64,000 nt of DNA from an uncultured Phycisphaerales bacterium (GTDB lineage: Bacteria; Planctomycetota; Phycisphaerae; Sedimentisphaerales; Anaerobacaceae). Positions within the stretch are counted from its first letter, which is position 1. Each line of letters begins with the position of its first letter. Of the stretch, positions 29,361 through 39,430 are shown one piece after another. The stretch is from assembly GCA_963718665.1 (NCBI GenBank), contig OY970359.1, positions 2,208,001-2,272,000 of the forward strand. The letters are read 5' to 3'. The notes beneath the pieces are model-generated. The model was not told the DNA's origin, ran no database searches, and worked only from the letters and a program-made list of their open reading frames with translations. Both the position numbers and the translations under genes were made by a program.

Positions 29361-31223
29361 TTATTGCTCACGATATGGCTGCCCCGCCTCGTAAAGTTTT
29401 ATCCGCTGCCGAATCTTACCGGCCAAATCCTCTCTGCCGGATGATTTGGCGATATTCAACGCTTTTTCCGCAATCCTCACTGCATCGTCAAATTTCCCAG
29501 CCGCCGCAAGGCCGTTTGCCAGTGCATCCAGACATTCAGCGTCCCTGTCCCCCGTCAGCTCACAGGCGCGTTTTGCATACCCGATTGCTTCGTTTGTTTT
29601 TCCTGCTGCCAATAGTGCAATCCCCATTCTCTTGTTGGCAGCCGGGTCTTCGGGATTCATTTCCAGTGATTTGGCGTAATATTTTATTGCCTCGTCGTAT
29701 TTCTTTTGCATTTCCAGCGCCGCGGCAAGATTGTAGTATATGTCCGCTGTCGCCTCATTGCGCCTTATAATTTCATTAAAGCAGGCGATTGCCTCGTTGA
29801 GCATCCCCTTCTTAAGATAAACACTCGCTAAATTGTTACGGGCCTCGGAATATGCGGGGCTTATCCGCACCGCGTTTTGCAAATGTTTCTCCGCCTCATC
29901 AAGCAACCCCAGTTCGGACAAAGCGCATCCGTAGCCGTTTTCCGCCAGAACATTGTCTTTTGTTACCTCGATGTCGTGTCCGAACAGCGTAAGGGAATTC
30001 TCCCAGTACTTTACCTGCATTCGGGTCAGTATAAGCAGCGACAACAACACTAATACTCCCATTACTGCTGCTGCCGTTTTTGCTCGCGGCCGGCTGGCTG
30101 TAAAATCCCTGACCGCCCAGCCGATAATTATCAGCAGGCCCAGCATCGGGATATACATATAACGATTTGCCATTCCCTGTGCGCCGGCCTGAACCAGCCC
30201 TATCACGGGAACAAGCGTCCCCACGTACCACAGCCACCCGACCGCTGCGTATTTTCTTCGCTGGCCCGCGTAAATGCTGGCAGCCGTCAGCAGTATAAAC
30301 AGTATTATGCATATCACTACGGGAGCATCTGAAAGTATCGCGCGGGGGTGCGGATAACATATTGCCAGACCGCTTGGCCATATCATTTTGACAATGTATT
30401 TTATGTAGGAAAGAAACATATTCGCAACTCGATATTCCAGCGGCAATCTCTCCAGCGTCGGGACTATTTCTCCTCCTCGTTGCGCAATGAAAGTCACTCC
30501 GCTCAATATGGCCGACATCGCCAGCAGCGGGGTTTTTTCCGCTATCAGCCATACAGGCGACCTATGATTCGTTTTACCATTCTTTGCTTCTACCTGATGT
30601 CCCCATTGAAACCGTTCTAACGGCCAGTAATCCAGCAATAGCAGCGCGAAAGGCAGCGTTACAACCACCGGCTTGGTCAAAATACAAAGACCGAATATCG
30701 CTAACACTAACAGATACCGGTTTAATCGAGGCACTTTTGCGTAGCGAATATACGCCGCCATTGTCAGCAGCCAGAACAGCCCGCTCAAAACCGTTTTCCG
30801 TTCCGCCGCCCACGCCACCGACTCTACCTGTATAGGATGTAGCGCGAATACCCCGGCGATAAATGCGCTTAACCATATTGCCCCGCCCAAACTCCTGAAA
30901 ATACCGAAGACAAGCAGGGCGTTGGCAATATGAATCGCAACACTGACTAAGTGATGACCTGTTGGGTTCAGCCCGAAAAGCTGACAGTCCGCCATATGGC
31001 TGAGCCATGTCAACGGATGCCAGTTTACCGCGTACGACTTTGTTAATGCCCATTTAATCGACTGCAGCGATATCCCGCCCGTTACGTTGGGATTTTCTGT
31101 TATATAGGAAGCATCATCATAGCTCACAAATCCGTTGTGCCGTATCGGCTCATAAGCGACAAGCGTCGTTATCACAATCGCTGAGCTTATAAGTAAGACA
31201 ATTTGTTTTTGGGTTAATCTCAT
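29361..31223 (-). CDS. TMTC-like GT-C glycosyltransferase with C-terminal TPRs, copy A
   Basis: FVSYDD, WHPLTWLSH, FALHP..VESVAW..ERK, ANRYMY, many TM helices, TPRs. Confidence 0.85.
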   Translation of the reverse strand: MRLTQKQIVLLISSAIVITTLVAYEPIRHNGFVSYDDASYITENPNVTGGISLQSIKWALTKSYAVNWHPLTWLSHMADCQLFGLNPTGHHLVSVAIHIANALLVFGIFRSLGGAIWLSAFIAGVFALHPIQVESVAWAAERKTVLSGLFWLLTMAAYIRYAKVPRLNRYLLVLAIFGLCILTKPVVVTLPFALLLLDYWPLERFQWGHQVEAKNGKTNHRSPVWLIAEKTPLLAMSAILSGVTFIAQRGGEIVPTLERLPLEYRVANMFLSYIKYIVKMIWPSGLAICYPHPRAILSDAPVVICIILFILLTAASIYAGQRRKYAAVGWLWYVGTLVPVIGLVQAGAQGMANRYMYIPMLGLLIIIGWAVRDFTASRPRAKTAAAVMGVLVLLSLLILTRMQVKYWENSLTLFGHDIEVTKDNVLAENGYGCALSELGLLDEAEKHLQNAVRISPAYSEARNNLASVYLKKGMLNEAIACFNEIIRRNEATADIYYNLAAALEMQKKYDEAIKYYAKSLEMNPEDPAANKRMGIALLAAGKTNEAIGYAKRACELTGDRDAECLDALANGLAAAGKFDDAVRIAEKALNIAKSSGREDLAGKIRQRIKLYEAGQPYREQ

Positions 31224-33307
31224 TTATTTCCGCTGGTACGCATGCCTGCCTGATAAAGTTCCATCCGTTTATGTATTTCGACGAACAAATTCTCTTGCCC
31301 TGAAATCCTCGCAGCGTTTAACGCTTTTTCGGCAATCCTCACTGCTTCGTCAAATTTTCCAGCTGCCGCAAAGCCGCTTGCCAGTGCATCCAGACATTCA
31401 GCGTCTTTGTCCGCTGTCAGCTCACAGGCGCGTTTTGCATACCCGATTGCTTTTTGGGCGTCCCGCACACTTGGTACGTCGGCTGTAGCAAGTATCCAGG
31501 CCAGGTTGTTGAGAATTTCAATACTGTTGGGTGACAGCTCCAGCGCCTTGGTCCAGTTTTTTATTGCATTTTCATACTGGCCCAACTGCTCGTATGCCAT
31601 GCCGAGATTTGCGTAAGCTTCCATTTCGTCGGGATTTATCCGCACAGCTTCTTTAAGATATCCGATGGCCTCTTCCGATTTGCCGGTCACGGTCAATATG
31701 GCTCCGATTCTGTTTTGGGCATCAGGATACATCGGGTCAAGTTTTATGGCCTTGGCAAGATGCTTTACGGCGTCGTCAAATTGTCCTTGTTCGCTCATCG
31801 CCACACCAAGCTGGTAGTGTATTTTCGCTGAATCACCAGCTTGTTGTAAAACACTGTTAAAGCACTCTATGGCCTCCTTAAATTTGCCCTGTAGCATAAA
31901 AGCATTGCCCAGGTTGTTGCGGGCGTTGGTATATAAAGGATTTAGGAGCAGAGAGTTGTTAAAATGCAGCACAGCTTCATTGAGGCGTTTTTCGGCGAGA
32001 AAAGCGCATCCGTAGTTGTTTTCTGCAATAGTATTGTTTTTGGTAATCTTCAGGGCGTGTTCGAATAGTGTGAGGTCATTCTGCCAGTATCTTACCTGGG
32101 TTCGCGTAAGGGCAGCCATTGAAGACAGTGCAGCCACCGCCAGCACCGCGGCGATTACTTTCCAGTGAGGGCGTTTGGATACAACGTCTTTGACAAACCA
32201 CGCGATAATAATCAGCAAACCCAGCATCGGCACATACATGTACCGGTCGGCCATTCCCTGTTCGCCGACCTGAATAAGTCCAAGCACCGGAACGAGCGTT
32301 CCAACATACCACAGCCAGCCGACCACAATGTATTTTCTTCGCCTTCCGGCATAAACGCTGATTACTGTCATCAGCACAAATAGTGATATGCAGATTAACG
32401 ATACTGTATCCGAAATGCTTTTATGGGGATTCGGATATGGTACTGCCAGCCCGCTTGGCCAAAGCGTTTTACCAATGTAGCTTATATATGAAATGAACGC
32501 ATTGGCAATACGGCAATCTAATGATATGTGCTCCAGCGTGGCGACCGCTCCTCCGCTGTGTTGCGCGATTATGGTTATAACTCCTGAAAGTGCTGTCAGC
32601 ACAAGCATGGGGACTTTTTCAATTAGCAGTCGCAGAATAGTTGCTTTTTGGAAGCGGGCCGTGGCTGCGGTTGCTTTATTCTTGAACCGCGCAAGCCGGT
32701 CTAATGGCCACCAGTCAAGCAGCAAAAGCACAAAGGGCAGCGTTATGACCATCGGCTTGGACATAAGCCCCAGTGTAAACACGAGCAGCACAAGCGAATA
32801 CCTCGTGAAATTCGGCCGCTCAGCGTATCGCGCATATGCGAACATAGTCAGCATCCAGAACAGACCGCTTAACGTGTCTTTGCGTTCCGCTGCCCATGCC
32901 ACCGACTCAACGTGAAGCGGGTGCAGCGCGAATACTGCTGCCACAAATGCGCTTGTCCATATCGCCCCCGTCATCTTCCGCATTGTCCAGAATAACAGCA
33001 AACTGCTGGCCGTGTGAATAAGAACGCTGGTGACATGATGGCCCACTGGATTCAGGCCGTATATTTCGCAGTCCAGCATATGACTAAGCCACGTCAGCGG
33101 ATGCCAGTTCGCCATGTATAGCTTCGTAAACGCCCAGATAACTGAATCTTGTGTTATTCCGCCGGTTACGTTGGGGTTTTCTGTTATATATGTGTTGTCA
33201 TCGTAGTGGACAAAATTGTTATGCCGTATCGGTTCATAGGCGAAAAGCGATGCAGCCACCAGCGCTGCCATAATCGAAAATAAAATGTGTTTTTGGCTTA
33301 ATCTCAT
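31220..33307 (-). CDS. TMTC-like GT-C glycosyltransferase with C-terminal TPRs, copy B
   Basis: Same motifs (FVHYDD, ADRYMY) with a longer TPR array. Confidence 0.85.
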   Translation of the reverse strand: MRLSQKHILFSIMAALVAASLFAYEPIRHNNFVHYDDNTYITENPNVTGGITQDSVIWAFTKLYMANWHPLTWLSHMLDCEIYGLNPVGHHVTSVLIHTASSLLLFWTMRKMTGAIWTSAFVAAVFALHPLHVESVAWAAERKDTLSGLFWMLTMFAYARYAERPNFTRYSLVLLVFTLGLMSKPMVITLPFVLLLLDWWPLDRLARFKNKATAATARFQKATILRLLIEKVPMLVLTALSGVITIIAQHSGGAVATLEHISLDCRIANAFISYISYIGKTLWPSGLAVPYPNPHKSISDTVSLICISLFVLMTVISVYAGRRRKYIVVGWLWYVGTLVPVLGLIQVGEQGMADRYMYVPMLGLLIIIAWFVKDVVSKRPHWKVIAAVLAVAALSSMAALTRTQVRYWQNDLTLFEHALKITKNNTIAENNYGCAFLAEKRLNEAVLHFNNSLLLNPLYTNARNNLGNAFMLQGKFKEAIECFNSVLQQAGDSAKIHYQLGVAMSEQGQFDDAVKHLAKAIKLDPMYPDAQNRIGAILTVTGKSEEAIGYLKEAVRINPDEMEAYANLGMAYEQLGQYENAIKNWTKALELSPNSIEILNNLAWILATADVPSVRDAQKAIGYAKRACELTADKDAECLDALASGFAAAGKFDEAVRIAEKALNAARISGQENLFVEIHKRMELYQAGMRTSGNK

Positions 33308-35176
33308 TTATTTCTCACGATATGGCTGTCCTGCCTCGTAAAGCTTTATTCGATTTTCAATCGCGACTGCTAAATCATTCTGCCCGGTTTCTCGCGCCAG
33401 CTTCAACGCTTTTTCGGCTGTCGCCTTTGCTTCGGCGAATCTGCCTGCCGCCGCAAAGCCGCTTGCCAGCGCATCCAGACATTCAGCGTCCTTGTCCCCC
33501 GTCAGTTCACAGGCGCGTTTTGCGTACCTGATTGCTTCATTTGTTTTCCCCGCCGCCAGCAGTGTAATTCCCAGTTGCTTATTAGTATCAGGGTCGCTCG
33601 GGTTCAGCTCCAGTGATTTATTGAAGTATTTTATTGATTCGTTATATTTTTTCTGTATGCCGAGCGCCATCGCGAGATTGTAGTAAAGCTCTGCAGTTTT
33701 ATGATTGCGCTTTATAAGTTCTTCATATATCGAGACTGCCTCGTCGTACCTTCCTTCTTTCAGATATATTCTGGCTAAGTGGATGAGAGCAGTGTCAAAC
33801 CCGGGGTTTATACGAAGAGCATTGCCAAAATGCTGCTCTGCCTCATCGAGACGGTCTTCATTGAACAAAGCACATGCATAGCTGTTTTCCGTAATTGCGT
33901 TGTCTTCCGTAACGCTTAAGGCGTATTCGAAAAGCGTGATACTGTTCCGCCAGTGCCGCACCTGCATTTGGGTAAGTATGAGCAAACTCAATACCGCTGC
34001 CACGCCCGTTATGGCCGCGATGGTTTTTAATTGGGGCAGCTTTGCGATTATGTCTTTGCCTGCCATGGCAATGATAATAAGCAGGCCCAGCATCGGCAGG
34101 TACATATAACGATTGGCCATCGCCTGGTCCCCGACCTGAACCAGCCCTATCATTGGAACGAGCGTGCCCGCAAACCACAGCCAGCCGACGGCTATATATT
34201 TTTTGCGGCGCCCAATATAGATGCTTATGGCCGATATCAGGATGAATAGAAAAGCACAAATCAACGTTGTAGTGTTTAATAAGGTTGAATGCGAGGGCGG
34301 ATAGAAAACAGCCAGGTCGCTGGGCCATACCAGTTTGCCGATGTATTTTACATAAGAGACCAACGCATTGGCTATTCGATGGTCTAATGTAACTTTATCC
34401 AGTGTGCCGATAGCTCCTCCGGATTGCTGCGCGATAACGGTTAGAACGCCCAAAATTGCCGACATTGCCAGCAAAGGCGTTTTTTCCGCAATTAGCCATC
34501 CGATTGTTTTTTGGTCTGGTCTGCTCCTTGCCTTTTTGTTTTGCTGATGTCCCCATTGAATCCTGTCTAATGGCCAGTAGTCCAGCAGAAGCAATACTAA
34601 AGGCAGTGTAATGACTATCGGCTTGGTCATAATACAAAGGCCGAATACTAATAATACCACGAGATATCGGCCGAATCCTGGTTTTCTGACGTAATGAATA
34701 TATGTAGCCATTGTCAGAAACCAGAATAAACCGCTTAAAACCGTTTTTCGTTCAGCTATCCACGCCACTGATTCCACCTGTAACGGATGCAGGGCAAATA
34801 CCGCCGCGACGAATGCACTTGCCCACATTGTCCCCGTGATGTTCTTGAGAATCCATAAAAGCAGCAGGGCGTTGACAATATGAATCACGACGCTGACTAA
34901 GTGATGTCCTGTTGGATTTAGTCCGAAAAGCCGGTAATCCAGCATGTGACTGAGCCACGTCAGGGGGTGCCAGTTCGCAGCGTATAGTTTTGTGAACGCG
35001 ATGATTATCGAATCTTGAGTTATCCCGCCGGTTACGGCGGGGTTTTTCATATACAGGTCATCGTCATAGCTGACAAAGTAGTTGTGTCGTATCGGCTCGT
35101 ATGCGACAAGCGTGGCGACAGCTATACCAACATATACAAATATGCTTATGTACTTTTGTTGGTGTTCCAAAGTCAC
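33308..35176 (-). CDS. TMTC-like GT-C glycosyltransferase with C-terminal TPRs, copy C
   Basis: Same motifs; GTG start. Confidence 0.85.
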   Translation of the reverse strand: MTLEHQQKYISIFVYVGIAVATLVAYEPIRHNYFVSYDDDLYMKNPAVTGGITQDSIIIAFTKLYAANWHPLTWLSHMLDYRLFGLNPTGHHLVSVVIHIVNALLLLWILKNITGTMWASAFVAAVFALHPLQVESVAWIAERKTVLSGLFWFLTMATYIHYVRKPGFGRYLVVLLVFGLCIMTKPIVITLPLVLLLLDYWPLDRIQWGHQQNKKARSRPDQKTIGWLIAEKTPLLAMSAILGVLTVIAQQSGGAIGTLDKVTLDHRIANALVSYVKYIGKLVWPSDLAVFYPPSHSTLLNTTTLICAFLFILISAISIYIGRRKKYIAVGWLWFAGTLVPMIGLVQVGDQAMANRYMYLPMLGLLIIIAMAGKDIIAKLPQLKTIAAITGVAAVLSLLILTQMQVRHWRNSITLFEYALSVTEDNAITENSYACALFNEDRLDEAEQHFGNALRINPGFDTALIHLARIYLKEGRYDEAVSIYEELIKRNHKTAELYYNLAMALGIQKKYNESIKYFNKSLELNPSDPDTNKQLGITLLAAGKTNEAIRYAKRACELTGDKDAECLDALASGFAAAGRFAEAKATAEKALKLARETGQNDLAVAIENRIKLYEAGQPYREK

Positions 35177-35198
35177 TGTAATGCGGCCTAATTTTTTA

Positions 35199-36842
35199 TT
35201 ATCGCGAACCTGATTTGCGGACGTTTTCTTTTATCCGCTGTATATGGCCTCTGCCCAGCCCCTTGACCTCACAGCCAAGCGCAAAGTATTGCTTTATCTG
35301 CTCATCGCTCAGTATCCCGAAGCAGTCGATTATCGCTATCGGCCCGCCTGCCCAAGCCACTATTTTCTTCGGCTCAAGGTTCAGGTATTCCTGATGCGGT
35401 ACTGCTAATATCAGCGCACCGACGCCCTTAATCGCTGCTGAAAGGTTATTTTGAACCCTGATATTTACCAAATCCTCCTGGTTATGGAAAAATCTCGCCC
35501 ACGAATGTCCCGGCGAGGGATATACGTTCTGCTGCTCTAATTCATACCAGTGCTCGACGTAAGGGTCATGGACCTGCATCTCTGCTCCCATCTCCGTCAG
35601 TTTCCGCACGACAATTTCCGAGCCGCTGTACCGCGTGTCGCCGACGTCCTGCCTGTAGCTCGCCCCGCAAAGCAGCACTTTTGCGCCGGCTATCATTTTG
35701 CCCATATTGCGAAGCGCATCGCGAGTCAACTCCGCTACGTGCAGGCCGCGGGTGTCGTTGACGTCAATCGCCGTGGTCGTCATCTTGAATATATCATCCT
35801 CGAAACCAAGAATATGCTTATACGCCCAGTAGCCCAGCCCGCCGTCTTTAGGCAGACAATAACCGCCTATACCCGGCCCCGGGAATATCATATTATTATG
35901 CGTAGGCCTCATCTTGATGGCATTGATGACCTTAATCAGGTCAACGCCGTTTCGCTCAGCGAACATACTCCATTCATCCAGAAACGCCAGCGTTGTCGCC
36001 CTGAATGAATTCTCAACTATCTTCGTCGTCTCCGATTCGATGGGCCTGTCCATAACCGTCAACGGAAAATCCTTGGTATTTAAAACCTCGTGCAGGAATT
36101 TCTCAACCCGCTTCCTCGCCTCCTCATTGCATCCTGAGCAAACCCTCCAGAAATCCCGAATCGACGAAACATAGTGTTTGCCCGGCATAACCCGCTCGAA
36201 ACTGTGCGCGAGCAATGGCTCCGTTTTTATACCGCGGGCAGCGAACGCCTTTTTCATAATCGGCCAGGCGATAAACTCCGTCGTCCCCGGCGCGACCGTC
36301 GTCTCAATCAGCGTCAGGCAATTCGCCTGCACTCTCTCGGCGATTGTCTTCATCGTCGCTTCCAGTGCCCCCATCTCAACCTCCCCAGTTCTCATATTCC
36401 CAAGGTCATGCTTGGTATAATCGCACTGCACGTCAACAACCACGCAGTCCGCCAGTTTCAGGCAGTCGCTGTTATACGTCGCGATGAGCGTCTTTTTTTC
36501 CAGCACGCACCGCTTTATCATCGGGTCAACTTCCGGGTCCTCCGCCTTGACGGGCGAGCGGCCCTCGTTGAGCATCGGTATTTTCCAGTAACTACGCGTG
36601 CTCGGCCTTTGGCAGCCGATGACGAATTTGCTGGACTTACCCGTCTTCTTATCGACCGTGTCTGCTATTATGGCCGCCATCACCGCCCCGACGAACCCAA
36701 CGCCCATTACCACGACGATTTCTTTGCCTTCCTTGCGGGCGGCCTCTGCCAGCGATTCCACTCTCTTGAGTTCTTTTGGGTATTCCTCTTTGTTAGGCAG
36801 TTGAAATTTTTCCCCTTCAGGGTTCATCGAATAGTCAGACAT
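35199..36842 (-). CDS. UDP-glucose/GDP-mannose dehydrogenase family protein, copy 1
   Basis: GVGFVG Rossmann motif, ETTVAPGTT, ERVMPG, KIVEN, catalytic GGYCLPKD. Confidence 0.92.
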   Translation of the reverse strand: MSDYSMNPEGEKFQLPNKEEYPKELKRVESLAEAARKEGKEIVVVMGVGFVGAVMAAIIADTVDKKTGKSSKFVIGCQRPSTRSYWKIPMLNEGRSPVKAEDPEVDPMIKRCVLEKKTLIATYNSDCLKLADCVVVDVQCDYTKHDLGNMRTGEVEMGALEATMKTIAERVQANCLTLIETTVAPGTTEFIAWPIMKKAFAARGIKTEPLLAHSFERVMPGKHYVSSIRDFWRVCSGCNEEARKRVEKFLHEVLNTKDFPLTVMDRPIESETTKIVENSFRATTLAFLDEWSMFAERNGVDLIKVINAIKMRPTHNNMIFPGPGIGGYCLPKDGGLGYWAYKHILGFEDDIFKMTTTAIDVNDTRGLHVAELTRDALRNMGKMIAGAKVLLCGASYRQDVGDTRYSGSEIVVRKLTEMGAEMQVHDPYVEHWYELEQQNVYPSPGHSWARFFHNQEDLVNIRVQNNLSAAIKGVGALILAVPHQEYLNLEPKKIVAWAGGPIAIIDCFGILSDEQIKQYFALGCEVKGLGRGHIQRIKENVRKSGSR

Positions 36843-36901
36843 TTATAACTCCTTTCCTATAAAGTTGAAGTGCGTATCAAACTTACCCCAAATTTTACAA
36901 A

Positions 36902-36925
36902 ATTCTCCCCCTATGGCAAGCTTTT
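36902..36925. repeat. 24-bp direct repeat containing a -35 box, copy 1
   Basis: ATTCTCCCCCTATGGCAAGCTTTT, identical at 37992-38015. Minus strand reads TTGCCA-16-TAAAAT. Confidence 0.85.
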
Positions 36926-37012
36926 CTCGTAGCGTAGCGACCTGTCCCGCCGTAGCTCTTGGCGAAGGGGGAAGACCCCAGAAATTCGTTATCTGGGGTC
37001 AAGTTGTGGTTT

Positions 37013-37034
37013 GTAGGGCGGGGTTTACCCCGCC
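37013..37034 (+). repeat. GTAG-type REP-like element
   Basis: GTAG-GGCGGGG-ttta-CCCCGCC. Variant at 38080-38101. Confidence 0.75.
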
Positions 37035-37190
37035 AAATTATCTGATTATCACCGCACCTAAACCAGGAAACAAAAACGCGGCGGGTTCGGAGTACGACCC
37101 GCCGCGAATACCGCTAAGAGAAAAGGACTGGAAATCTCCGTTAAACCATCGACTTTCCATCTATTCAAAGACGTTGGCGCTTTCAGAAAA

Positions 37191-37850
37191 TCATTCCTTT
37201 GCCCCGGCTTTTTTAAGCAGTTGCACGACCTCTTTGTGCCCTTCATGCTTCGCAACCCCTAACGCCGTTTTGCCATCTTTGGCTTTTACATTTATATCGG
37301 CCTTCGCCGCCAGCAGTAACTTGACAACCTCCTCGTGGCCCTCCTTCGACGCCACCCACAGGGCGGTTTCGTCGTTGGTTGTATCCTTCACATTGACATC
37401 GGCCCCCTTCTCCAGCAGGAGTTTGACAACCTTCGCATGGCCCTCCCTCGACGCTGCCCACAGGGCAGTTACGCTGTCGGTTGTCCTTTTCACATTAACA
37501 TTGGCTCCCTTCTCAAGCAGGAGGTTGGCAACCTCCGAATGGCCCTCATGCGACGCCACCCAAAGGGCGGTTGCGCCGTCGGTTGTACCCATATTGACAT
37601 CGGCGCCCTTCTCCAGCAGGAGTTTGACAATCTCCGTATGGCCGTACTTCGACGCCCACATCAGGGCTGTTTCACCAGTGGAACTCTTTGCGTTGACCTC
37701 GGCGCCGTCAGCCAGGGCGGTTTTTGCTGCCTTCAAATTGTCGTCCTTTGCGGCTTTAATCAGTTGAGCATTCTTGCCTGATACACCCGAATCGGCAAAG
37801 CAAGCGGTTGCAAAAGAAACACACACTATCAAAAACAGGATTCGTTTCAT
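37191..37850 (-). CDS. Exported ankyrin-repeat protein
   Basis: Signal peptide and about five TALW.AS..GH.EVVKLLL..GADVN repeats. Confidence 0.95.
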   Translation of the reverse strand: MKRILFLIVCVSFATACFADSGVSGKNAQLIKAAKDDNLKAAKTALADGAEVNAKSSTGETALMWASKYGHTEIVKLLLEKGADVNMGTTDGATALWVASHEGHSEVANLLLEKGANVNVKRTTDSVTALWAASREGHAKVVKLLLEKGADVNVKDTTNDETALWVASKEGHEEVVKLLLAAKADINVKAKDGKTALGVAKHEGHKEVVQLLKKAGAKE

Positions 37851-37991
37851 AAAACTCTCCTTAATCTGGTATTTCTCATATTAAACGCCTGGCTACACGA
37901 CCAGGCCTTTCGATTCAACGTCCTTTGTTAAACCATAATATTTTGCCCCGGCGGTTCAAATCACCGCCCACCAAAATGAAATTCTACGCAG

Positions 37992-38015
37992 ATTCTCCCC
38001 CTATGGCAAGCTTTT
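37992..38015. repeat. 24-bp direct repeat containing a -35 box, copy 2
   Basis: Identical to 36902-36925. Minus strand reads TTGCCA-17-TAGAAT. Confidence 0.85.
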
Positions 38016-38289
38016 ACTCGTCTGTCTGGAGGGGGTAATTTAGCCCCTCAGTTTATTGAGGGGTTACTCTGATGAGTTTGTAGGGCAGGGTAAACCTCGC
38101 CATCTTACCTAATTTGTCAAGAGCAAGGAAAATGGGGCATGCTAAAATAGACAATTGAACCAATTTCCCGATAAACCATCCCTTGTTTTCAGCCGATATA
38201 ATCTCTTGGCGAGATGTAGTCCCTCAACACCTGGCAAACACCACTCCGTCAAGAACAATCAAGACAATTTTACTAAAAGGTAAACGAAT

Positions 38290-39405
38290 ATGACAACTAT
38301 AGACCCGAATATATTCGAGGACAATTCACCTATCACCATTGCTAACAACTGGCTTAATCAAGAGAAAACAGTGGGCGGCAGCATAACTTTGCGGTGGTGT
38401 CGAGACGAGTTTTATAAATTTGAGGGCGGGCATTATCAGCATAAGACAAAAGACCAGATAAAAGGCGGTTTGTATGAATATCTAAGCAACAAGTCCTATA
38501 TAACCGCACGCAGAGAAATAAAAACTTACAATAGTACCAAAGCAAAAGTTTGCCGCATCCTTAATGCATGTAAGGGCCTATGCCGTGTTGACTCTAACGC
38601 CCCGGTCTGGCTTGGCAAGAACGAGAACAATCTTAATACACGTATGTTGCTTGCTTTTCGCAACGGGATTCTCGATATTGATAAATACGTGAAGGGTGAG
38701 ATTGTGTTATATCCGCCGACCCCGGACTTTTTTACTATGAACTCATTACCCTATGATTTCGACCAGAACGCTGAGTCAGAGCTATGGAACGGCTATATAA
38801 AAGACGTGTTTAATGGGGACCAGAAGAAAATCCAGTTGCTTAGTGAATGGATAGGTTACAACTGTGTCCCGGACATATCTCATAACAACCTAATGCTTTT
38901 CATTGGCATGACAGCATCCAGTAAAAGTACCGTTGTCGGGACTATGGAAGCTATACTCGGCGAATACCCCAACACCGCTCCATTTTCTTTCGATAATACC
39001 CGCGCGTTTAATTTTCTGGCAAGCGATGTGCTGTCGGCGACAGGCACAGTTTACTTTCCTATCACGTTAAAAAGAGCCAAGTCGAATCTTCAGAAGATGC
39101 TTCATATAGTAAAAGGTGATGTAATAGATATCCACCCAAAGTATAGACCGGCGTTATTATCAGTTAAATTTCCCTGCCGCTTTACCATTATGACGCGGAG
39201 TATGTCTGTGTTTGGTGAGTATGAACAGGAGATGATGGACATGGCGAATATTCTCGCGTTTTCTAATTCGTATGTAGGCCGTGAGAATCGCATGCTTAAA
39301 AAACAGCTTAAAGATGAGGCCAAATCAGGCAGACTAATTAACTTCGCTCTCCGCGGTCTAAAATCATTGTATCAGAATCAGGGATTTATTACCCCCGGCT
39401 ATTAA
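38290..39405 (+). CDS. Degenerate P4/D5-family primase-helicase-like protein
   Basis: FRNGILDI...P.PDFF..NSLPYDFD..A...W..Y...VF.GD......L.EWIGY (D5_N pattern). Walker A altered to GMTASSKS. Confidence 0.7.
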   Translation: MTTIDPNIFEDNSPITIANNWLNQEKTVGGSITLRWCRDEFYKFEGGHYQHKTKDQIKGGLYEYLSNKSYITARREIKTYNSTKAKVCRILNACKGLCRVDSNAPVWLGKNENNLNTRMLLAFRNGILDIDKYVKGEIVLYPPTPDFFTMNSLPYDFDQNAESELWNGYIKDVFNGDQKKIQLLSEWIGYNCVPDISHNNLMLFIGMTASSKSTVVGTMEAILGEYPNTAPFSFDNTRAFNFLASDVLSATGTVYFPITLKRAKSNLQKMLHIVKGDVIDIHPKYRPALLSVKFPCRFTIMTRSMSVFGEYEQEMMDMANILAFSNSYVGRENRMLKKQLKDEAKSGRLINFALRGLKSLYQNQGFITPGY

Positions 39406-39430
39406 CTAACAGGCCGTAAAGGAGTGAACA

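Noticed and set aside
36865..37767. 300-aa plus-strand repetitive ORF
   Set aside because: Antisense translation of the ankyrin repeats plus intergenic hairpins.
38041..38066. IS200/IS605 end (TAGCCCCTCAGTTTATTGAGGGGTTA)
   Set aside because: Isolated hairpin with no tnpA/tnpB and no partner end.
38231..38256. c-di-GMP-I riboswitch or shared motif with 47423-47447 (CTGGCAAAC...TCAAGAAC)
   Set aside because: No GNRA-capped P2 or GCAAAG/P3 continuation, and the short gapped similarity could be chance.
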